From Ignavibacteriota bacterium (GTDB taxonomy: Bacteria > Bacteroidota > Ignavibacteria > UBA10030 > UBA6906): a DNA stretch of 64,000 bases. Below are positions 27,881 through 34,794 of the stretch, piece by piece. Within the stretch, counting starts at the first letter, position 1; every line of letters begins with the position of its first letter. The stretch is taken from the NCBI GenBank assembly GCA_963801355.1, contig CAWDEM010000004.1:992001-1056000 (forward strand). Direction: 5' to 3'. The translations under genes and the position numbers were made by a program. The notes below the pieces were generated by a model. That model worked only from the letters and a program-made list of their open reading frames with translations, made no database searches and was not told where the DNA came from.

Positions 27881-28870
27881 TCAGGTTCCCACCTGTTGAA
27901 GCTCACGCTTGAGTTTCCGCTGCACATCCTGCATTTTTGTTCTTATCTCCTCACCCACACCCCGCAGTCGTTCCTGCAGGTGCTTCATGCCTTCCCGGAA
28001 TTCCTCCTTATTGAAGGGGAAAATGCGCGAATGTGCTTCCGGCAAGACCTGGAGTTCGCGCTCAAAATATCCGTGTGTACGCCCGGCATCTTCGGGCACT
28101 GTTAGCGCCAGGGTAAGGTTCGCCCCTTTGCGCAGTATCGTAAATGTCGCCGTATCACCATGCTCGTACTCGTCCAGTGCGGACATGAGATCTTCTGTTT
28201 GCTCGATATCCTCGTTTCCCACCATCAGAATCACATCACCCGCCTTGAATCCGGCCTTCGCCGCCGCACTCTTTCCGGTCACACGCTTGACCAGCACCCC
28301 TTTACCGTACGGAGCTCCGAAGTATTCCCCGAGTTGGCCGTTGAGGTCCATGACATCCAGGCCGTACATCTCGGACCCGTAGAGCGTCTGGATGTGGAAT
28401 CGCGGCATGTTCGGGACCCGCGGCATGGACATGCCCAATTCGATCGCTCTTGCGGGGAACTTGCCCAATGTGACCTGCATGGTTTTCTTCTGCGTGCCCC
28501 GCATTACCACAACAGGGACGGTGTCACCGGGTTTGGCTCTCCGAACGGCGGAGACAAGATCGTCAGCTCCGGCGATTGGCTTGCCGCTGAACTCGACGAT
28601 AATATCATCTTCTTCAATGCCGGCTTTTTCAGCCGGGCTCGATTCCGTCACCCCCCTTACCAACGCCCCCGCGGTCGACTTTGTGTGTGCGGGTGCGGCT
28701 TCCTCCGCGTCCACGTCGCCGACAGAGACGCCAAGCCATCCCCGCTGTTTGCCCTGCTCGGAAGCTGCGTGCTTCCGGGGGGGATCGGGCGCAGTTTGCG
28801 CCCTGGTGCATGACATCCCGGTCAAGAGAAGGGCGATGATCGCTACGAACAGTGCTCTGCATGTTTTCAT
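27881..28870 (-). CDS. Exported tandem-PDZ protein without a protease domain
   Basis: Signal peptide, GWLGVSV and GALVRGVTESSPAEKAGI..DDII, second PDZ GVLVKRV..KSAAAKAGFKAGDVI, C-terminal coiled coil. Confidence 0.85.
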   Translation of the reverse strand: MKTCRALFVAIIALLLTGMSCTRAQTAPDPPRKHAASEQGKQRGWLGVSVGDVDAEEAAPAHTKSTAGALVRGVTESSPAEKAGIEEDDIIVEFSGKPIAGADDLVSAVRRAKPGDTVPVVVMRGTQKKTMQVTLGKFPARAIELGMSMPRVPNMPRFHIQTLYGSEMYGLDVMDLNGQLGEYFGAPYGKGVLVKRVTGKSAAAKAGFKAGDVILMVGNEDIEQTEDLMSALDEYEHGDTATFTILRKGANLTLALTVPEDAGRTHGYFERELQVLPEAHSRIFPFNKEEFREGMKHLQERLRGVGEEIRTKMQDVQRKLKRELQQVGT

Positions 28871-28910
28871 GACCAGCTCCGTGCTATGACATTGATGGTT
28901 CTGCGCGTTT

Positions 28911-28939
28911 GACACCCGAACCTCTGATGTGGTTGACAC
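28911..28939 (-). promoter_or_regulatory. Putative ECF promoter GTGTCAACC-N14-GGTGTC upstream of the PDZ gene
   Basis: Both boxes and the spacing are identical to the motif upstream of the sigma gene (31460-31488). Confidence 0.75.
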
Positions 28940-28948
28940 GCAGGATAC

Positions 28949-30088
28949 TCATTCACCTTTGACAATTTTGAGCAGCGCCTGGCGGGCCCGGTCAGTGCCG
29001 ATGTTCCCCAGGTAGAAGATCGCATCGTCGCGGAGGGGCTGGTTCTTGCTCGAACGTGCGATCTGTGCGACAAAGTCTATCGCCCGGTCATCACCTATGA
29101 CGGCGAGTGCATAGAGCGTCGTACTGAGCACCCCCTGGCGGGATTGTCCTGAGCCCTCGAAACGCTTGAACATGTTCATCAATCGTTCCGTACGGTCGCT
29201 GCGCGGGCGGTTGCTCGCCGCGAACAGCTCGATGGCTATCCGCTGGATGGTCTCGTTGGTATCGCGGTCGGCCACCATAAGGAACACTGCACCGGGGTCC
29301 TTCCGGGAAAAGCCGGCGAGGGAGTTGAGGGCAATCTGGCGGATCGGCACCGGTTGAGCGTCGTCGATGGCGATCTCGTGCAGGGCATTGAATGCCGCCT
29401 CGTCGCGTTTGCCCGCAATCATTGCATCCAGCGCGTTCAGGCGCATCTGCAGTTCGGGATCATCAAGCCCGGGATGGGCTATGCGTATCCGCGGCTGCGA
29501 GGGAAAGGCTTTCGCCAGCAGCGTGTCCCCTTCGCGGATCACCATGAGGCTCCTGTTCATCATGTGTGACTGCGCGCGGGCGAGGCGCTCCATGTCGAGC
29601 TCGATCCTGCGCAGCTCTCCGGGCACTTCAATGCGTATCTCCTCTGCAACAGGAGCCAGCGAAGGGGGGGGCTGCGGGACGCGAGCCAGAGCCGCCTCGA
29701 TCTCCAGCATCCGCAGATCCGCAATCGCATCGCCGAAGTACCTGCCCCCCCGGTGTTCACGGATGAACTTCTCGTACGCCTCCCGGGCTTTCTCCGGATC
29801 TTCCTGTTTCCAGGAGAATGCTGTCCAGTATTCGGCATCTTCCCGATAGCTGCTGGCGGGGAACCGGCGACGGAGTTCCACAAAGATCTTCCGCGCCTCC
29901 GCCCAGTCCTCCCGGAGGACGGAAGAGTATCCCTCGCGGTACAGGGCGTACGCCGGATCATCTGTTTCTCCGGCCTCTGACACAGGCACGCCCGGCGGCA
30001 TCGGGTGTAGAGGTCGCGCGGCACCCGGGTCCGCGACAAACAGCAAACATCCCGCGAGCAGCGCAATGATCAGCCTATCGTGCACCAT
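28949..30088 (-). CDS. Exported protein with BamD-like TPR pair and C-terminal HEAT repeats
   Basis: Signal peptide; LYREGY...W.EA...F......FP.S.Y..DA.YW.A; HEAT-like IRQIALNSL, LRDDAIFYLGNIG. Confidence 0.75.
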   Translation of the reverse strand: MVHDRLIIALLAGCLLFVADPGAARPLHPMPPGVPVSEAGETDDPAYALYREGYSSVLREDWAEARKIFVELRRRFPASSYREDAEYWTAFSWKQEDPEKAREAYEKFIREHRGGRYFGDAIADLRMLEIEAALARVPQPPPSLAPVAEEIRIEVPGELRRIELDMERLARAQSHMMNRSLMVIREGDTLLAKAFPSQPRIRIAHPGLDDPELQMRLNALDAMIAGKRDEAAFNALHEIAIDDAQPVPIRQIALNSLAGFSRKDPGAVFLMVADRDTNETIQRIAIELFAASNRPRSDRTERLMNMFKRFEGSGQSRQGVLSTTLYALAVIGDDRAIDFVAQIARSSKNQPLRDDAIFYLGNIGTDRARQALLKIVKGE

Positions 30089-30875
30089 GTCGGGTTCCGT
30101 CTTCAATACTTGTGAATACCGTCTCTGCAATCCGGATCTTGAACAGCAGGTTTTCATCCTGGATTCCTCCGCGAATGAGCTGCACCCCGGGGACTTCCTC
30201 CCGATCTCTGGTGTTCGCGAGTGCCGTCTGGATTTTTTCAAGGTCGGCAATGAGCGCGGCGGACATTCCGTCGAGAGGTTGAGTCTTGAGATACCTGGCC
30301 TCATGAAGCAATGCGCGCGAGGTTGTACGCTCCAGCGAAAGGTCTATCGGGTCACCCTCGCGCAGGGGCATGTTGTTCAACTCCACCAGGAGGGCCTTTG
30401 ACTTGCGCAGGTATTTCTTGAGACGCGCATCGACTGCCGGCTGCTCCGATGGAGCAGGTGCAGCGGCGACCACCGCCGGTTCGTGAACAGGTTCGTGCCG
30501 GAGCGCTGTCCATGTGCCGGCAATAATAACTGTGAGCGCCAGCAGCGCGGCGGCTCCGGCTACCGCCTGGTGACGGGGGAGGGAAAAGAACCTCCACCAT
30601 TCGGCTATCCACGCGGGAACGGCAATCTTCCCGCGACGGGCAGGCAGTTGTGCGGTGACGTCATTCAGCAACTCCGCCCAGAATGCCGGGGGCAGGTCGG
30701 CCGCCGGATCGGGTTCACCGGGCAGGATCTCCAGCATCCTGCGCAGACCGGCACATTCCTTTGTGCATTCCGGGCAGCTGTCCATGTGTTGCTGCACCAG
30801 CATATGCCGGTGTTCATCCAGCGTGCCGGCGGCATACTCGTACAGCAGCAGACGGATCGTACGGTGGCTGTTCAT
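30075..30875 (-). CDS. Zinc-binding (zf-HC2/ZAS) membrane anti-sigma factor
   Basis: H...HMDSCPEC motif, central TM helix, ATGA-coupled to the sigma gene. Confidence 0.85.
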   Translation of the reverse strand: MNSHRTIRLLLYEYAAGTLDEHRHMLVQQHMDSCPECTKECAGLRRMLEILPGEPDPAADLPPAFWAELLNDVTAQLPARRGKIAVPAWIAEWWRFFSLPRHQAVAGAAALLALTVIIAGTWTALRHEPVHEPAVVAAAPAPSEQPAVDARLKKYLRKSKALLVELNNMPLREGDPIDLSLERTTSRALLHEARYLKTQPLDGMSAALIADLEKIQTALANTRDREEVPGVQLIRGGIQDENLLFKIRIAETVFTSIEDGTRHGAR

Positions 30876-31423
30876 GCAATTTCCCCCTGCAAATACGCCA
30901 GGCGTTTACGGAGCTTCCGAAGACCCCGGAACAGGTGAGTCTTCACCGTTCCTTCGGAGCAATGGAGTATATCGCCGACCTGGCGTGTGGACAGCCCTTC
31001 AAGATGCCGCAGGATCACCACCGCGCGCTGCAGCGTCGGCAGTTCGTGCAATGCCCGCTCGACATGTTCTCTGTGATCGCAGTGCAGAAACGCTGGTTCT
31101 TCCTGAGTGTCGGGGATATCGGCAGAGCCGGAGGTTTCGCGCCTGGCGCGGGCTGAGCGGGCGCGCACCTGATTGAGAGCGAGATTCATGACGATACGGT
31201 GAAGCCACGTGCCGAATTGTGCGTCTCCCCTGAAAGCAGGGAGCGCCTCGTATGCGTTGATGAGTGCCTCCTGCAGAATGTCCCGCGCGCTCTCGTGATC
31301 GTGAACGAAACCGAACGCGACATTGTAGGCCTGCTTCATGTGCTGTTCCACCAGGGTCCGGTAGGCGGCATGATCACCTTCCTGGGCCTGACGGATCAGC
31401 TGCCGCTCATCGGCACCCGGCAT
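30872..31423 (-). CDS. ECF RNA polymerase sigma factor
   Basis: DILQEALI.AY..L..FRG...F.TWLHRI region 2; LP..QR.V..LR..EGLS...GTVKTHLFRG region 4. Confidence 0.93.
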   Translation of the reverse strand: MPGADERQLIRQAQEGDHAAYRTLVEQHMKQAYNVAFGFVHDHESARDILQEALINAYEALPAFRGDAQFGTWLHRIVMNLALNQVRARSARARRETSGSADIPDTQEEPAFLHCDHREHVERALHELPTLQRAVVILRHLEGLSTRQVGDILHCSEGTVKTHLFRGLRKLRKRLAYLQGEIA

Positions 31424-31459
31424 GCGGGAATTTCCTGCGTGTGAGATTCTTGTCTATTG

Positions 31460-31488
31460 GACACCGGTCGGGGGTAATCGGTTGACAC
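31460..31488 (-). promoter_or_regulatory. Putative autoregulatory ECF promoter GTGTCAACC-N14-GGTGTC
   Basis: AAC -35 and GTC -10 pattern 36 nt upstream of the sigma ATG; repeated before the PDZ gene. Confidence 0.75.
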
Positions 31489-31595
31489 AGGGGATCGTTT
31501 TCCCCGGCCGGGGGCTCCCGTTGGAGAGCCGTCCCGTTATTCTCATGAAGACGGGAAAGGAGGGTGATTGTTGCGTCAGGACGCCGTGCCGGCAG

Positions 31596-32297
31596 CTACT
31601 CGAACTTGTATGCGCGGGCATTCCCGTAAACGGGGAGATAGATTTCCGCACGCCGCGGATTGGATGTGTTTACGAACACGGCATCTGATATGATGGGGGA
31701 GGCCTTCTCGGGAGTGAACTCGGCGATGATTTCCACGCTCTTGCCGGTGTCCACCGGGGCGGACGGCAGCGAGAGAGTGAATCCCGCGAGTTGCGAGCGC
31801 CAACCGGTCAGGCGGAACGGCTCTTTGCCGGTGTTCATGATCGTGATGGTGATACGGCTTTTCTTTCCGACTTCCGCATCCTTGAACCAGAACTGCTGGG
31901 GAGTAACCGTTATTTCGTCAATGATGGTGGCGGTGAACTCTATGAGCAACGGGGATTCCGTGGCAGGGCTTGTTCGTACGGTAACGGTCTTGGTCACACG
32001 TCCGGTGAAATTCTTCGAGTTGAACGTGATGGCAAGTGAGCCGGTTTCTCCGGGGCGAAGATTCTCGTTCGAAACGATTGCGCCGGTGCAACCGCAGGAT
32101 GCCTCGATGGGACCCAGGCGCAGCGGCTCATTGCCCGCGTTCTTGAGCGTGAGTGTGTGATCCACTACTGTGCCGCGAAGAACGGTGCCGAGGTCGAACT
32201 TCTTCCCCTCCACAACAAGAAGCTTCGGCTGCGCAGATGTGATCGACAGGGTCATGAGCCCGGAACATCCGAGGAGAAAAAGCGCGCGCGTGTTCAT
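31596..32297 (-). CDS. Exported DUF1573 / Ig-like domain protein
   Basis: FDLG.V, LKNAGNEPL, ASCGCT, LRPGETG; second Ig-like repeat NTGKEP. Confidence 0.82.
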   Translation of the reverse strand: MNTRALFLLGCSGLMTLSITSAQPKLLVVEGKKFDLGTVLRGTVVDHTLTLKNAGNEPLRLGPIEASCGCTGAIVSNENLRPGETGSLAITFNSKNFTGRVTKTVTVRTSPATESPLLIEFTATIIDEITVTPQQFWFKDAEVGKKSRITITIMNTGKEPFRLTGWRSQLAGFTLSLPSAPVDTGKSVEIIAEFTPEKASPIISDAVFVNTSNPRRAEIYLPVYGNARAYKFE

Positions 32298-32317
32298 AGT
32301 CGGTATTGCCTTCCTGA

Positions 32318-34324
32318 TTACAATTCCCTTCCGGTGTCGATTGCTCTCAACGTTGCGCTGAGATTCATGCGATAGACGCCGCCGTGTCTCGTCCCTGCCA
32401 GCAGGTAGCCGGTGTGACTGTCCCAGCTGATGGATACGGGTGATGTGGGGAGCCGGCGTTCGAGCACGCGTGTCCAGGTGGTGCCCCCGTCGGTCGACAT
32501 AAACAATGTCCGTCCGTTGGCCAGCGCGACTACTTCGGACGGTGAAAATGGATCCATGGCCAGCAGCACCTGATCGCCGGTCTCCCATGGCGAGGTGTAT
32601 CTCCCCCATTCGAGCCCGCCGTTCAGCGAGCGGTAGCAACGACCCTGCGGTGTCCACGCGTAGCAAACCTTCCTGTCGTTGCCGTCGAGCGAGATGAACT
32701 CGATGGTGTCCTGATCGAGACCGAACCGGGTGACATCCCACGAAATGCCGCCGTCCGAAGACAGGAGTATGCCACGGACGCCCGCGCCGGCGTACACGGC
32801 ACCCGCATCCGTCGGACGGAATGTGAATAAACGCGCAGGCGGATTATTCCCGGGAGGCCGGCACTCGCGCCACGTCGTTCCCCGATCAGTGGAATAGAAA
32901 TTGCCGTTCGGCGAGGAGGCAAGTAGCCGGGAAGAGAACCAGGGATGCGGGACGACGATGGTCGGCGGAGCGGAGAGCGGGCGCGCGCACGCCTGCCATG
33001 TCGTGCCCCCATCCTGCGATGAGAATGACCCGAGTCCGGTCGTGACGTAGATCGATCCGCGCTGATGGCGGTCAAACGCACATGATGTGATGTCCCCACC
33101 TGCCAGACCTGATGTCAGAGGAATCCATCGGGCGGTGCCGGGAGTGGTCTTGAGGAGTGCCGGACCCGATGCCACGACAATGTCGTGGGTCAGGGGATCG
33201 GCTGCCATGACGTAGGCAGTCGTGCCGCCGAGGTGATAGTCAATGGTGGACCACGTGCGTCCCTCGTCACCAGAACGTTGGAGTCCGAGTGCCGGGCCGT
33301 ACACATACCACGTTGGTTGTGTTCCAGGGCCGAGCGTGAGGGACGTGCCCGCGGATGGAAGCGATTCCCCGGCACCATGCCAGCTCCCGCCAAAATCCGT
33401 GGAAATGAGGATACCGGATGCGGAGCCGGCGAGAAGCTGCCGGGCATGGGATGGATCGGGCACGAGCGACCGGATCTTATCACCGGTGATTGCCTCCCGC
33501 GACGGACTCCAGAGTGCTCCCAGGTTGCTCGAGCGATAGATACTGCCGGCATCGGTCCCGTACACAATGGTGGAACCGTTCCCGGATTCCATCACGACGT
33601 GTGTTATCGCGGCGGCGACGGTGGTTCTTCCGTCGACAAGCAGGCGCCATTGAGCAGCGCCGTCTTCCGACATGGCGAGCCCTCCGGTGCCGATGGCAGC
33701 CAGCATCCGGTCGGGACGGTCCGCATCGATACGGAGTGCGTACACCACCGCGTTGCGCAGGACGGAATCCGCGCCGCCATTTGCCGGGGCCCATGTCGCG
33801 CCGTTATCCGTCGATCGCAAGACGCCGTTGCCTTCGCTGCCGGCGAAGAATGTCCGGGTTTTCCAGGGATCGATCGCAAAGCACCTGACGGCCAGCCGCT
33901 GCGATGTGTCAGCGGGCAGTAGCCTTTGCCAGGAACTGGCCCCGTCGCGGCTGAGAAACAGTCCGCCCGCGGTGCATGCGTATATGGAGCCGGGAGTATC
34001 CGGGTGCTGCACGAAGGCATGGATCGTCATGCCGGGGGCGGGAGGAGTCCTGCGGATCCAAGACTCACCGTTGGATGCAGACAAAAAGATCTCCCCGTTC
34101 ACCATCCCGGCAAGAAGGTGTCCCTGGCTCTGCTTCAGCGGCATGAGGGTCGTGATCTCACGGGCATACGGGCCGTGGAGGAATTCCCATTGCAGTTCTT
34201 GCTCCGCAGGCGGCTCACAGCCTGCAATCATTCCCGCCAGGAGGGCGCAGGGAATGAGTGCGGGAAGGGGGAGCGATCGAATCGCACGGCGTGGTGTCCC
34301 GGCGGATTTTCGTGGAAGCATCAC
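32318..34324 (-). CDS. BNR/Asp-box beta-propeller lipoprotein (VPS10/YCF48-like)
   Basis: Lipobox MIAGC; many S.D.G.TW Asp boxes (SRDGASSW, STDNGATW, STDFGGSW, SSDGGISW, STDGGTTW). Confidence 0.82.
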   Translation of the reverse strand: MMLPRKSAGTPRRAIRSLPLPALIPCALLAGMIAGCEPPAEQELQWEFLHGPYAREITTLMPLKQSQGHLLAGMVNGEIFLSASNGESWIRRTPPAPGMTIHAFVQHPDTPGSIYACTAGGLFLSRDGASSWQRLLPADTSQRLAVRCFAIDPWKTRTFFAGSEGNGVLRSTDNGATWAPANGGADSVLRNAVVYALRIDADRPDRMLAAIGTGGLAMSEDGAAQWRLLVDGRTTVAAAITHVVMESGNGSTIVYGTDAGSIYRSSNLGALWSPSREAITGDKIRSLVPDPSHARQLLAGSASGILISTDFGGSWHGAGESLPSAGTSLTLGPGTQPTWYVYGPALGLQRSGDEGRTWSTIDYHLGGTTAYVMAADPLTHDIVVASGPALLKTTPGTARWIPLTSGLAGGDITSCAFDRHQRGSIYVTTGLGSFSSQDGGTTWQACARPLSAPPTIVVPHPWFSSRLLASSPNGNFYSTDRGTTWRECRPPGNNPPARLFTFRPTDAGAVYAGAGVRGILLSSDGGISWDVTRFGLDQDTIEFISLDGNDRKVCYAWTPQGRCYRSLNGGLEWGRYTSPWETGDQVLLAMDPFSPSEVVALANGRTLFMSTDGGTTWTRVLERRLPTSPVSISWDSHTGYLLAGTRHGGVYRMNLSATLRAIDTGREL

Positions 34325-34623
34325 CGGATTTGCTCCCCGAAAAACACGGTGACAAGATCGGCGGCGAAGCCCATAATGTTCCGGACGACTGCTTTTCCCT
34401 CTTTGGAGGAAAGCGCCTCATCCATGGCGTGCCGATGATCGAACGTGAGTTGAGCCACTACATGATACCTGGATTCGCCAAAGGCAGCGCCGTTGATGCG
34501 TGTCACCTGAAGCCCGCGGAGACCGGGCACCTTCTCCAACAACGGAAGTAAAGAATCGTGGAAGTGCACGTCGAATGATTCAGGGTTCTCCGGTTTGCGG
34601 AACAGGGCGTAAAGGGTAATCAT
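34321..34623 (-). CDS. EthD-family protein
   Basis: ALFRKPE.PESFD.HF, PL..KVPGL, ALSS.EGK dimeric alpha/beta-barrel pattern. Confidence 0.8.
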   Translation of the reverse strand: MITLYALFRKPENPESFDVHFHDSLLPLLEKVPGLRGLQVTRINGAAFGESRYHVVAQLTFDHRHAMDEALSSKEGKAVVRNIMGFAADLVTVFFGEQIR

Positions 34624-34666
34624 TGTCGTCTATCGCATCCTCTTGCGCTACAGTAGCTTACAAGCA

Positions 34667-34695
34667 AATATAGCGAGGGGGAGAGGGAAAAGCAA
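34667..34695 (-). promoter_or_regulatory. Sigma70-type promoter TTGCTT-N17-TATATT for the ethD operon
   Basis: Minus-strand hexamers with 17-nt spacer. Confidence 0.65.
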
Positions 34696-34705
34696 ACAGG
34701 CACGG

Positions 34706-34760
34706 CAGGCTCTCGTCCCACAGGCTCTCGTCCCAGGCTCTCGTCCCGGCATTCCCCGTC
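34706..34760. repeat. Three exact copies of CAGGCTCTCGTCC plus one degenerate copy
   Basis: Copies at 34706, 34721 and 34734; degenerate CGGCATTCCCCGTC at 34747. Confidence 0.88.
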
Positions 34761-34794
34761 TTTTCTCTCTCTCGGTTTTTTTGTACCATTCACA

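Noticed and set aside
28871-28939. GTG-started extension of the PDZ ORF
   Set aside because: The GTG is the first triplet of the ECF -35 motif; the signal peptide begins at ATG 28870
30089-30304. Extension of the TPR-HEAT ORF
   Set aside because: Lies inside the anti-sigma gene in another frame; the signal peptide follows ATG 30088
32298-32741. Extension of the DUF1573 ORF to 381 aa
   Set aside because: Overlaps the beta-propeller gene; the signal peptide starts at ATG 32297
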